A DNA stretch of 64,000 bases from Candidatus Enterousia sp. (GCA_045616625.1 JAZLHA010000012.1:8873-72872), one strand, 5' to 3'; positions 50,515-60,065 are shown, counted from the stretch's first letter. The notes: generated by a model not told the origin, from the letters alone. A program made the numbers and translations.

Positions 50515-51543
50515 CTATACGCGAACATAGCCACCGTTATCTTTACGCACAAGTCCGCGTAATTCCAACATAATTAATTCACGTTTAATTTCCGAAACAG
50601 ATTTTTTGACAATTTCTGCCAATACAGATTCAGATAGTGGAATTAATCCTAAGGCATCTAAAATCGCATTTTCCGATTCGGAATTTGATGTATTTTTTTT
50701 GTTTATTTTACCAGCATTCGAATCGTTGAAAAAATCATTCGCCCCACAACAGATTTTAGCATGTCCAGATGCAATCAAAGAATTGGGTCCGAAACTACGG
50801 CTATCTGATGGATGCGACGGAATTGCATGCACAGACCGCCCATAATCCATAGCAAATTTTGCCGTTGCCATACTGCCTGATTTCGAATCGGCCTCGCCCA
50901 ATATTAAACATTCTGATATTCCTGCAACCCAATGATTTCGCCGAATAAAATTTGTATTCTTTGGAACATATCCAACCGGCATTTCACTAATAATCACACC
51001 ACGTTCCATAATTTCATAATATAACCTTTCATTTTCCAATGGCCATATATAATCAACACCCCCGGCGAGCACCGCAATAGTTTGCGTATTTCCATCTACG
51101 CGCAACGCCCCCATATGGGATGCAGTATCCGTTCCAATCGCCATGCCAGAGGCAACAGCAAAATCATGTTTCACAAATGCGGTCGCCAAATCAGCAACAA
51201 ATCCCATTCCTGCCGCGGTTGCATGACGCGTTCCAACCATAGAAACGATTCGTTTTTTTAGTGTATCTAAATTTCCACGCGCACTTATTACTGGCGGATG
51301 ATTTTTTATAGAACGTAAATTCGATGGATATAAATCATCATCATCACATATATAATGTATATTATTACGTTCAGCACTTTCCATTTCGCGCAAAACAATG
51401 TCACGCAATTCAGAATTCGCATTTAATGATGTAACCGCGCTTTCTGCACAACCAAACCGTGCAATTAAATCGTTAAATTTAACCGAACCAACCCCTGGGG
51501 TACGCAACAACAATAATTTATAAAACAAATCACTCATACCCAC
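50515..51543 (-). CDS. dprA: DNA-processing protein DprA
   Basis: ..LLLLRTPGVGSVKFNDLI...VSGMAIGTDTASH... Confidence 0.88.
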   Translation of the reverse strand: MGMSDLFYKLLLLRTPGVGSVKFNDLIARFGCAESAVTSLNANSELRDIVLREMESAERNNIHYICDDDDLYPSNLRSIKNHPPVISARGNLDTLKKRIVSMVGTRHATAAGMGFVADLATAFVKHDFAVASGMAIGTDTASHMGALRVDGNTQTIAVLAGGVDYIWPLENERLYYEIMERGVIISEMPVGYVPKNTNFIRRNHWVAGISECLILGEADSKSGSMATAKFAMDYGRSVHAIPSHPSDSRSFGPNSLIASGHAKICCGANDFFNDSNAGKINKKNTSNSESENAILDALGLIPLSESVLAEIVKKSVSEIKRELIMLELRGLVRKDNGGYVRV

Positions 51544-51573
51544 AGTATATAAATTATTGATTTGATTTTACCA

Positions 51574-51597
51574 TAAAAAAATCGCCCATCGGGCGAT
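51574..51597 (-). terminator. Rho-independent terminator after the 258-aa gene
   Basis: Minus strand reads atcgccc-gat-gggcgat followed by ttttttt. Confidence 0.7.
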
Positions 51598-51601
51598 TAA
51601 A

Positions 51602-52378
51602 TTAAAGACTTAACTTCTTAGCAACTTCATAATACTTACCAGAACAATGGTCAGGTTTAATATCATTGTCTATAGTATCACACTTTTCTTTTAATTTTTT
51701 CAATTCGGTCGTTATTGTGATGTAATCAGAAGATTGTGCATCCAAAGACTTTATTTGAGAAAACAACAATTCACCTTCTTCTAGTGCAGCCTGACCTTCT
51801 ACAGAGCCACCAATTAATTTATTTCCAAATAATTCCATAGCACCAACACCAACTGCTGCACCACCAACTGACACACCAACAGTTGCCCAAACACGTGCAG
51901 ACTTTTTAGCATCTAAAATACGTTCTTCTAGGACACTTTCATTAGCCCACGCTCCACAAGTAATCAAATCACCCCACATAAAATATTTTGGTGCAACATC
52001 GTCAACAGAAACACGACTATCGTCAGATTTTAACCCAACCTTAACAAAACAAACATTATTTTCTGGGTTGTCAGTATCTTCAACCATTGTTGCATAACTG
52101 CCTGTATTACTATTTTTAGATGCCCAAACAAAAGTATTTCCAATTCCAATATTGTTATTTAAACAAGCCTCACGTTCTTTCTCACGAGTATCTTTAACAG
52201 CCGCAGGTGCAGGATTATCATCAACAACTGCAACACTTGCAGATTGTTTAACAATACCTGTATTTTGTGTAGCAGGCATAACACCATGTCCCACAATGCC
52301 AACACGAGAACGTGGACTAGCCGCAAAAGCCGGCAAACAAACAATTACCCCAAGTAAAATAGACAATATCTTATTCAT
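51602..52378 (-). CDS. Exported hypothetical protein with a Gly-rich TM helix and coiled-coil tail (258 aa)
   Basis: GGTGG RBS before ATG 52378. Signal peptide MNKILSILLGVIVCLPAFA, then ..VWATVGVSVGGAAVGVGAMELF.. and a helical tail. Confidence 0.65.
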   Translation of the reverse strand: MNKILSILLGVIVCLPAFAASPRSRVGIVGHGVMPATQNTGIVKQSASVAVVDDNPAPAAVKDTREKEREACLNNNIGIGNTFVWASKNSNTGSYATMVEDTDNPENNVCFVKVGLKSDDSRVSVDDVAPKYFMWGDLITCGAWANESVLEERILDAKKSARVWATVGVSVGGAAVGVGAMELFGNKLIGGSVEGQAALEEGELLFSQIKSLDAQSSDYITITTELKKLKEKCDTIDNDIKPDHCSGKYYEVAKKLSL

Positions 52379-52441
52379 ATTTCCCACCTAGTTTTATGCA
52401 AAGCATTTTATCACAAATTCAACAAAAAAACAAACACATTT

Positions 52442-53029
52442 TTATTTTTTCCATTTCCATTCAACTTTTGATTCTGTACCACTAATTAAACGCTTTATAT
52501 TTTGATAATGACGCCATAAACACAATAAACTTATTGCCAAAAATGCAAATCCCACAGATGCACTTTTCATAAAGCCAAGCAATGGCAATATACAAAACAC
52601 AATAACTGCACCTAATGACGAAAAACCAGACGTTAATGCTACAACAAGCCATTCTATACCACATATTATAAATGTAAGTGGACTAATCGCTAAAACCACA
52701 CCAAACAACGACGAAATTCCCTTACCACCATGAAACCAGAGCCATACAGGATAACAATGTCCAACAATTGCGGCAAAACCACACCATGCACTAAACGATT
52801 CGCCACCAAAATGATACCCGACCCAAACCGCGAACATTGACTTGAACATATCTAATAACCAGGTCAACCCTGCCAAGCGTAATCCACCAACACGCATAAC
52901 ATTTGTCGCACCGATATTACCAGATCCAACATTGCGAATATCGCCCTTGCCTGCAAGTTTTGTTAGCAAAAGCCCCATTGGTATAGAGCCAAGCAAATAA
53001 GAAATTATTATTCCTAAAATGTATATCAT
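52442..53029 (-). CDS. plsY: Glycerol-3-phosphate acyltransferase PlsY
   Basis: 195-aa polytopic ORF ..LLGSIPMGLLLTK..DIRNVGSGNIGATNV.. Confidence 0.92.
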   Translation of the reverse strand: MIYILGIIISYLLGSIPMGLLLTKLAGKGDIRNVGSGNIGATNVMRVGGLRLAGLTWLLDMFKSMFAVWVGYHFGGESFSAWCGFAAIVGHCYPVWLWFHGGKGISSLFGVVLAISPLTFIICGIEWLVVALTSGFSSLGAVIVFCILPLLGFMKSASVGFAFLAISLLCLWRHYQNIKRLISGTESKVEWKWKK

Positions 53030-53101
53030 ATTATTTTCCTTGATTTTATGTTTCTTTTCTATAAAATATCAGAAAACCATAAAAAATAAAAGGAAAATAA
53101 A

Positions 53102-53362
53102 GTGGCAAATCATAAGTCTTCTGACAAAAGAATTTTAGTAACAGCAAAAAAGAACGCTGTTAACACAGCACGTCGTAGTGCTGTAAAAACAGAAACAAAA
53201 AAAGCATTGAACGCTATTGCATCTGGCGACAAAGCAGCCGCTGTTGCTGCCGTTCGCAGTGCAGAAAGCAAAATTATGAAATCTGCCGGCAAGGTTATGC
53301 CAAAGAAACGCGCATCTCGTAAAATTTCACGTTTGGCAAAACAAATGGCAAAGATGGCTTAA
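53102..53362 (+). CDS. rpsT: 30S ribosomal protein S20 (GTG start)
   Basis: 86-aa ORF (M)ANHKSSDKRILVTAKKNAVNTARRSAVKT.. Confidence 0.92.
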   Translation: MANHKSSDKRILVTAKKNAVNTARRSAVKTETKKALNAIASGDKAAAVAAVRSAESKIMKSAGKVMPKKRASRKISRLAKQMAKMA

Positions 53363-53390
53363 ATAAAAAAATTCTTTCGTTTTAAATAAA

Positions 53391-53415
53391 ACCGCCTTTC
53401 GGCGGTTTTTTATTT
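53391..53415. terminator. Rho-independent terminator (rpsT / secretin convergent)
   Basis: accgcc-tttc-ggcggt followed by tttttatttt. Confidence 0.75.
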
Positions 53416-53418
53416 TCT

Positions 53419-54966
53419 TTAATTCAATGGTGCGCCCCAATGCTGTTGTATTGAACGTTCAGCATCCAACGGACTTATCAAGACTTGCGGAGTCAGTATA
53501 ACAACCAAAACATCGCGTTGTGATTCTGTTTCACGAGATCCAGATAACGCCATAAAGTCTGCATCACCCAAACCGTAACGTGTATCATTGTTAGTTTGCT
53601 TTTCAAATCCAGATACAACCAACATTTGTCCAGATTCCATAATTACTTCCTGCATAAAACTACGTTCTTCTACCTCTGGTAACTGTAAGGTCACTTCGCC
53701 AATTGTTTGAGTATTCATTTTCAACAATTCACGAACAGACATTCTGAACAACAATAAAATTTTGCCGTTTTCCAAAACATTTGGTAACAACTGCATTGAA
53801 AAACCTGTTTCTAAATCTTCCTGATCAACTGTAGATGATTCCACAGTTGTAAAATTACGTGATTCAAAACGTTTGATATAACCAGTTGTTGTCGTGTTAT
53901 TCACAGGTGCAACACGATTATTTCGTGTGGTCACACCAACATTTGTAACCAAAGAAACCTTGCCCTGTTTTGCCAACGCCTTAATTATCGCCTGTGTTCC
54001 AGCAAGACGCGATAGCGAACCAGTTGTATTTTCTAATACAGCAACATTTAACGAACTTGCATCAGCAGCGGCAACATTCATTGCTTCTGTGGAACTAGAT
54101 ATTCTTAAACCTGATGCAGCCTCAATTGCGGCGACCAAATTCAAACCAAAACCAGAATTATTCGTAATAGAAACCTGCAATACCTTAACATCAATCGTAA
54201 CCAATTGTGACAAACGTTTATTCTGTTTTTCAATATATTCACCAACACGCGCCAATACAGATGGAGACGCAGTCACTGTAATTGTTCCCAAACTGCGCGA
54301 CACGGTAAAGTCCGCATTATCAGAGCGACCAATTATTGCAGAAATAGCACTTTCTATTTCATTCCATTCTTTTAAAGTTGATTCCAAAGACACCTGATTA
54401 TTATCATCTGTTTGGACAGATGTTTGATACGAAATATCTGTTCCCAATGCGTATAAAGTAAATGTTTTGGTTTCTGTTTCATAAAAAACAATGGAATTTT
54501 TATCATAATACCATAACAAATCTAAATCTGTTGCAACCTGGGAAAGCAAACCAGACAATTTACCAGTATATGCGATATTCATAGTTCTCTTCATTTTTTC
54601 GGTATTAACCTGGCTATCTATTTTAACAGGAATACCCGTCACAGAATTGATATTATTTGCCAAAACTTGAATTGTCACAGGCTCATCAATTAAAATCGTT
54701 ACCCCTGTATCAGATTCAAATTTAGACGGTAAATTATTACGATGTTCCAAAACTGTAGATTTACTACCCAGCCAAACACCATCAGACATAGAAACAGTAT
54801 CACCACTTGCAACCTTGGCACGTGGATTCTTTGCCATTTCAAACGCGTCATATGCATTTACAAAATCTTGGTCCACAGTGGATGCTACACGCGCAGAATC
54901 ACGCATCGCACACCCAGACAGTCCAACGCATACAACTAAGACAAATAATTTGACAATGTTTTTCAT
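53419..54966 (-). CDS. Lipoprotein secretin (type IVb-pilus PilN/TcpC-like)
   Basis: Lipobox ..CVGLSGC. C-terminal secretin domain ..IIKALAKQGKVSLVTNVGVTTRNNRVAPV...MLVVSGFEKQ...RDVLVVILTPQVL. Confidence 0.75.
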   Translation of the reverse strand: MKNIVKLFVLVVCVGLSGCAMRDSARVASTVDQDFVNAYDAFEMAKNPRAKVASGDTVSMSDGVWLGSKSTVLEHRNNLPSKFESDTGVTILIDEPVTIQVLANNINSVTGIPVKIDSQVNTEKMKRTMNIAYTGKLSGLLSQVATDLDLLWYYDKNSIVFYETETKTFTLYALGTDISYQTSVQTDDNNQVSLESTLKEWNEIESAISAIIGRSDNADFTVSRSLGTITVTASPSVLARVGEYIEKQNKRLSQLVTIDVKVLQVSITNNSGFGLNLVAAIEAASGLRISSSTEAMNVAAADASSLNVAVLENTTGSLSRLAGTQAIIKALAKQGKVSLVTNVGVTTRNNRVAPVNNTTTTGYIKRFESRNFTTVESSTVDQEDLETGFSMQLLPNVLENGKILLLFRMSVRELLKMNTQTIGEVTLQLPEVEERSFMQEVIMESGQMLVVSGFEKQTNNDTRYGLGDADFMALSGSRETESQRDVLVVILTPQVLISPLDAERSIQQHWGAPLN

Positions 54967-54992
54967 ACTCTATCTCCTACTGGATAAAAATA

Positions 54993-55829
54993 TTATTCTT
55001 CTGTGGTTGAAACAACTAAAACACGATTACCTTTATAAAATTTTGCATAAGGCACAGGTGTTGCCCGACCAAAATTACGAACCAATGCAGAAGCAACATC
55101 AACAAAACGACCTTTAAATACGGCACTGGCCTCTATTGGATATTCACGTGAAGTTGTCCAAACCATATCCCAACCTTCTTTATCACACCAAGACTGCAAA
55201 ACCTCACGCAAAGTTTGTCCATTTGCGACAACCCATGAACGCACCTGATCTGTCACAACAGGAACAGAATCTGGATCCGCCGAAGAATCAACAGCTATTT
55301 CTTTTTCTTCCATATTTTGAACATCTTGTACCATTCCAGCCTTGGCACGATAGGCATCATAACCATCGACAAATCCACCACATTTTTTACGTCCACTACG
55401 TGATACAGCCAAAACCTCTCCTCCGTCATCTTCAACTAACTCACGACGAAGCAATGGCATTTCATAACCCGACGCACATTCATCATCAAAACCAACCGGA
55501 ATCTGATTTCCATGTAACATATTCGCGCCACCAGACCAACCAGTACCATCTGTATCAAAATTATTTTCTATTGTAAGTCCATTATCTAACTCTGATACGA
55601 TTTGGATACCGCCATCAGATTCACAATCTGAATCACCACATTCAGCAACCACATCAGCATCAGAACCAGCAATCGGCCACGCAGGAACATATTCCGCATT
55701 CCACCCCTCTTCTGAATATTTTTCACTTTCAAAAACCTCTGACGTAACAACCTGGGGCAAATTTGTCGCAGCAAAACAATAGCCCGCGGCGGTCATAAAC
55801 ATAGCAAAAACAAGAATCTTACGAAACAT
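54993..55829 (-). CDS. TcpQ/PilL-like periplasmic protein
   Basis: Signal peptide MFRKILVFAMFMTAAGYCFA. The C-terminus ..WVVANGQTLREVLQSWCDKEGWDMVWTTSREYPIEASAVFKGRFVDVASALV.. matches my memory of the TcpQ domain. Confidence 0.55.
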   Translation of the reverse strand: MFRKILVFAMFMTAAGYCFAATNLPQVVTSEVFESEKYSEEGWNAEYVPAWPIAGSDADVVAECGDSDCESDGGIQIVSELDNGLTIENNFDTDGTGWSGGANMLHGNQIPVGFDDECASGYEMPLLRRELVEDDGGEVLAVSRSGRKKCGGFVDGYDAYRAKAGMVQDVQNMEEKEIAVDSSADPDSVPVVTDQVRSWVVANGQTLREVLQSWCDKEGWDMVWTTSREYPIEASAVFKGRFVDVASALVRNFGRATPVPYAKFYKGNRVLVVSTTEE

Positions 55830-55859
55830 TTACATATCCTTTCTCTAATAATTACAATT

Positions 55860-55888
55860 ATTATAACAACTTCGCCGAATCGGTGCAA
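55860..55888 (-). promoter_or_regulatory. Strong sigma70-type promoter of the TcpQ-like/secretin operon with a GANTC palindrome
   Basis: Minus strand reads TTGCAC (55888-55883), a 17-nt spacer beginning CGATTCGGCG, then TATAAT (55865-55860). Confidence 0.55.
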
Positions 55889-55966
55889 GGGCTAAAATTA
55901 CTTTCAAGATAAATTAAAGCGAATCGGTATTTTTATGTTATACTAAACTCAACTGGGGGTAAAAAA

Positions 55967-56509
55967 ATGGAAAACAATATTATTCTTTTGTGTGCTATTA
56001 TTGGTGTTATTACAACATTTACTATATTGGGGTTAACAACAACTTTAAACAAAAGAATAAAAAATATAAATAAATCGTTGGAATTTCAATATAACATGAT
56101 TGTAAAAATGCAATCTATTCTTAAAACCAAGAGTGCAACTAACGCTTTCGCAGAAAACGCAGAAATAATATATCAAGATTTATTACAATACCTAATTCCA
56201 ATTATGGCTGTTATTGATGTGATGCCAAGACAAACAAACGAACACGCATTATGGCGCTCTTTGGGTGGGATTATCGATGAATATGCAAAGAATCCTTTTG
56301 TTCTTGAAAAATTAAGACGCGCAATCAAACTAGATTCAGAAATAGCACACAGTGTTGATAACTATATTGCACGTGCTGATAAATTATTGCATTACTTAAC
56401 CGATACAGAACCAACTGGAATTTTGACAACAACATTTACAGATGGGCTACTTGGACAGTCATTAACATTTTTTGCCCAAGCAAAACAATTGGCGCTTCAA
56501 GAATCTTAA
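55967..56509 (+). CDS. Hypothetical membrane-anchored protein (180 aa)
   Basis: N-terminal TM helix IILLCAIIGVITTFTILGL. The stop abuts the sufB ATG. Confidence 0.6.
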   Translation: MENNIILLCAIIGVITTFTILGLTTTLNKRIKNINKSLEFQYNMIVKMQSILKTKSATNAFAENAEIIYQDLLQYLIPIMAVIDVMPRQTNEHALWRSLGGIIDEYAKNPFVLEKLRRAIKLDSEIAHSVDNYIARADKLLHYLTDTEPTGILTTTFTDGLLGQSLTFFAQAKQLALQES

Positions 56510-57838
56510 ATGATAAAATTATGTGATAATCTTATTCGTGAAATATCCGCACAACGAGATGAACCAGAATGGTTGCTTGCCTGGCGATTAGACGCATTTC
56601 ATGCCTGGCAAAAAATGTCTGAACCCCACTGGGCTGAAATAGATTACAAACCCATAAATTATGACAATTTAAATTATTATAACAAATCAGAACAAATTGA
56701 TAATTCTGAACTTGCCCAGACATACGACAAAATGGGATTACCTGAATCAGAAAAGAACGCCCTTTTGGGAATGGCAACAGATACAGTGATTGACAGCACA
56801 TCCGTTCACACATCGTATAAAGACGAATTAAAAAAATTAGGAATTATCTTTCTGCCGTTTTCTGACGCAGTAAAACAACACCCTGATTTAGTAAAAAAAT
56901 ACCTTGGCACTGTTGTTCCATCTTCTGATAATTTTTACGCAGCATTAAACGCCGCGGTATTTTCAGACGGCACTTTTGTTTATGTTCCAAAAAACACAAA
57001 ATGCCCTATTGATTTAGCAAGTTATTTCCGAATAGAAACCGCAAAAATTGGTCAATTTGAAAGAACACTTATCATCGCAGACACAGGTGCCGAACTTAGT
57101 TATATGGAAGGTTGCAGTGCCCCACGACGTCCCAACCACCAATTACACAGTGGTGTTGTTGAAATTATTGTGTGTGATGATGCAACCGTAAAATATTCAA
57201 CTGTACAAAATTGGTATGCTGGAAAAATAGAAAATGGAAAACAAACGGGCGGCATATTAAACTTTGTTACCAAACGTGGAAAATGCGGAACAAACGCAAC
57301 ATTAAATTGGACACAAATTGAAATCGGATCGGCCATGACTTGGAAATACCCGTCTACAATTTTATCCGGAAATCATGCGTATAGCGACTTTTATTCTCTA
57401 ACAATTACACGCGACGGTCAACAATCTGATACCGGTACAAAAATGATACACATTGGAAATGAAAGCATATCAAACATTGTATCCTATGGTGTCGCACTTG
57501 ATTATTCACGACAAACATTTAGAAGCCTGGTTAGTTTTACAGGAGAAAATTGTAAAAATGCATCAAAATGCGATTCACGTATTATTGGTGACAATGCAAC
57601 AATAAACACATTTCCAACAATTATTCATACAAACAACACAAATCACCAATCACACGAAGCAACCACCGGTGCCATAGATTTTGATACATTGCTTTATTTA
57701 GAAACAAATGGTATAGATACAGATGTGGCAATCGCTCTTATTATTGGTGCAACTGCATCACCTGTAATTTCACGTCTGCCTATGGAATTTTTAGTTGAAT
57801 CAAAACAATTAATACAAATGGCAATTGCAAAGGAATAA
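56510..57838 (+). CDS. sufB: Fe-S cluster assembly scaffold SufB
   Basis: 442-aa ORF ..GQFERTLIIADTGAELSYMEGCSAP...HIGNES.S...... Confidence 0.85.
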   Translation: MIKLCDNLIREISAQRDEPEWLLAWRLDAFHAWQKMSEPHWAEIDYKPINYDNLNYYNKSEQIDNSELAQTYDKMGLPESEKNALLGMATDTVIDSTSVHTSYKDELKKLGIIFLPFSDAVKQHPDLVKKYLGTVVPSSDNFYAALNAAVFSDGTFVYVPKNTKCPIDLASYFRIETAKIGQFERTLIIADTGAELSYMEGCSAPRRPNHQLHSGVVEIIVCDDATVKYSTVQNWYAGKIENGKQTGGILNFVTKRGKCGTNATLNWTQIEIGSAMTWKYPSTILSGNHAYSDFYSLTITRDGQQSDTGTKMIHIGNESISNIVSYGVALDYSRQTFRSLVSFTGENCKNASKCDSRIIGDNATINTFPTIIHTNNTNHQSHEATTGAIDFDTLLYLETNGIDTDVAIALIIGATASPVISRLPMEFLVESKQLIQMAIAKE

Positions 57839-57841
57839 ACG

Positions 57842-58516
57842 ATGCTAGAAATAAAAAATTTATCAGTATCTTTTGAAAGCAAAGAATTATTACACAATAT
57901 AAATATGCATATTGAACGTGGTGCACGCCACTTATTATCAGGACATAACGGTTCTGGTAAATCTACATTGGTTTCAACAATTGCTGGGAATCCTAATTAT
58001 AAAATTGATTCTGGATTTATCACATTTGATGGCACAGATATTACATCTGAAAATGCGACATCACGTGCATTACGCGGTATATTTATTGGTTCACAAAACG
58101 TTCCTGAAATTCCCGGACTTACCATCATAAGTTTATTAAAACATTCATGCAGTGCACATACACATTTTGAAACGGGTCACGATTTATACATGGCTGAATT
58201 TTTAGATAATTTAGAACAAGTACGTAAAAAGTTATCCATACCACGTGATTGGTTAAATCGTTCTGTGAACATTGGTTTTTCTGGTGGCGAAAGAAAACGC
58301 ATTATGTTATTGCGTTTAATGTTAATCAAACCCAAACTTGCTATATTGGACGAACCTGATTCAGGTGCAGATATGGAAACACAAAAACAAATTGCTGATG
58401 TAATCCAAGAAATGCAAGATACAACATTTTTATTCATCAGTCATCAACCAAGTTTTACAGAAATGATTTCACCATCTAAAATTACTAGCATCTCAGACGG
58501 TAAAATAGTATCATAA
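57842..58516 (+). CDS. sufC: Fe-S cluster assembly ATPase SufC
   Basis: ..LSGHNGSGKSTLVSTIAG.P.Y...GFSGGERKR...LDEPDSGAD.. Confidence 0.9.
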   Translation: MLEIKNLSVSFESKELLHNINMHIERGARHLLSGHNGSGKSTLVSTIAGNPNYKIDSGFITFDGTDITSENATSRALRGIFIGSQNVPEIPGLTIISLLKHSCSAHTHFETGHDLYMAEFLDNLEQVRKKLSIPRDWLNRSVNIGFSGGERKRIMLLRLMLIKPKLAILDEPDSGADMETQKQIADVIQEMQDTTFLFISHQPSFTEMISPSKITSISDGKIVS

Positions 58517-58535
58517 ACAAAAGGGAGTACAAACC

Positions 58536-59567
58536 ATGAACGGAATAATTTTATCTATCTTAACTATATTTGTATTATGGGTTGGTCGACCAATCTTGAT
58601 ACCATTTTTCGTCGCCATATTTTTATGGTATTTGGTAAATGCTATTGCAACATATTATCGTAAAATATTACCGTTCAAAAACATCCAATACAGCAAACAT
58701 TGCGGCTTACATTGCACATTTGATTTTGTATCAACATTGCTATCTATTGCGACACTTAGTGGTATAATAGCATTGATTGCGACACAAATTAAACCAATGT
58801 TTTCAGAATTAACCGCTATGCTACCAGAAATTCAGTCAAAATTTGTGTTATTCAACGAATACTTATCACAATCATTAAATATAAAGTTAGACACACCAAA
58901 CATAACACACATTGTTAGTACTATTGGTTCATCCGTTGCTGGGATTGCTGCATCTATAACAATGATTGTTGTATATATGATATTTTTGTTTATTGAACAA
59001 AGCACTTTTAAACAAAAAATACATAAATTATTCAACTCGTCTGTAAAAGCTAAAAAAGCACATTTTATTTTAAGCAGTATAGACAATAACATGAAAAAGT
59101 ATTTGTTTATGAAAACGATTATTTCCGGGGCAACTGGTATATTTGGATATGTATGGCTGTACGCTTTGGGACTTGAATTTGCGGGTGTTTGGGCATTCTT
59201 ATTATTTATATTAAATTATATTCCAACAATCGGTTCTATTGTTGCATGTGGTCTGCCAATACTATTCGCACTTGTTGTGGGTGGGGGGCTAACGGTTGCA
59301 ATACCCGTCGCAATCGGTTTAATCGGATTACAAATTATTTTTGGAAATATCCTGGACCCGAAATTAACAGGCAAAACATTAAACATATCAAGCTTAGCGA
59401 TATTAATTAATTTAGTGTTTTGGGGGCTTATTTGGGGACCTGCTGGAATGTTTTTCAGTGTTCCTATTTTGGTTGCGATATATGTCACAGCGGCACAATT
59501 TAATTCCACACGGTGGCTGGCAATCTTATTATCGACTGATGGAAATATACCTGATAAAGACAGTTAA
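58536..59567 (+). CDS. AI-2E/PerM-family transporter
   Basis: 343-aa polytopic ORF with the family-typical C-terminal ..LINLVFWGLIWGPAGMFFSVPIL.. Confidence 0.75.
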   Translation: MNGIILSILTIFVLWVGRPILIPFFVAIFLWYLVNAIATYYRKILPFKNIQYSKHCGLHCTFDFVSTLLSIATLSGIIALIATQIKPMFSELTAMLPEIQSKFVLFNEYLSQSLNIKLDTPNITHIVSTIGSSVAGIAASITMIVVYMIFLFIEQSTFKQKIHKLFNSSVKAKKAHFILSSIDNNMKKYLFMKTIISGATGIFGYVWLYALGLEFAGVWAFLLFILNYIPTIGSIVACGLPILFALVVGGGLTVAIPVAIGLIGLQIIFGNILDPKLTGKTLNISSLAILINLVFWGLIWGPAGMFFSVPILVAIYVTAAQFNSTRWLAILLSTDGNIPDKDS

Positions 59568-59573
59568 AGAAAA

Positions 59574-59592
59574 ATCGGCAAATGCCGATTTT
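59574..59592. terminator. Rho-independent terminator
   Basis: atcggca-aa-tgccgat followed by ttt. Confidence 0.55.
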
Positions 59593-60028
59593 AATTTCTA
59601 TTTATAACTGCTATCGCGTTTTCTAAAATCACACGTGCAGATTCAGAATCTAATTTTTGTTTTATATCACATAGCCTAACCCATCCCATAGATTCTTGGG
59701 CATAAACCGAAGAAAATGATTCATCTATAAAAACAATCGGCAAATCAGTTTTGTTTGATAATTCATTCGCAAAATTACGAACCATTGCTGTTGTTTCTGA
59801 CTCAGTCCCATCAGAACACAATGGCAACCCCAAAACAATGCCAACAACTTTTTCATCTGACACAATGTTGACGATTTCTTGAAAAACGTTTTTATCACTA
59901 ATTACTGGTCGCACAAACACCATTTGACGGTCCACGTCAGATATAGCAATACCGACACGTCGTGCGCCCCAATCTATTCCGATAACACGTCCTTTTTTTG
60001 GAAAAGCCTTGAAATCTGGCAAAATCAT
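59591..60028 (-). CDS. ruvX: Pre-16S rRNA nuclease / Holliday-junction-resolvase-like YqgF
   Basis: 145-aa ORF ..GRVIGIDWGARRVGIAISD...GLPL..DG.ES.. Confidence 0.88.
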   Translation of the reverse strand: MILPDFKAFPKKGRVIGIDWGARRVGIAISDVDRQMVFVRPVISDKNVFQEIVNIVSDEKVVGIVLGLPLCSDGTESETTAMVRNFANELSNKTDLPIVFIDESFSSVYAQESMGWVRLCDIKQKLDSESARVILENAIAVINRN

Positions 60029-60065
60029 AGTATAATTCCTTTACTCTTTAATAATAGGATTGAAA

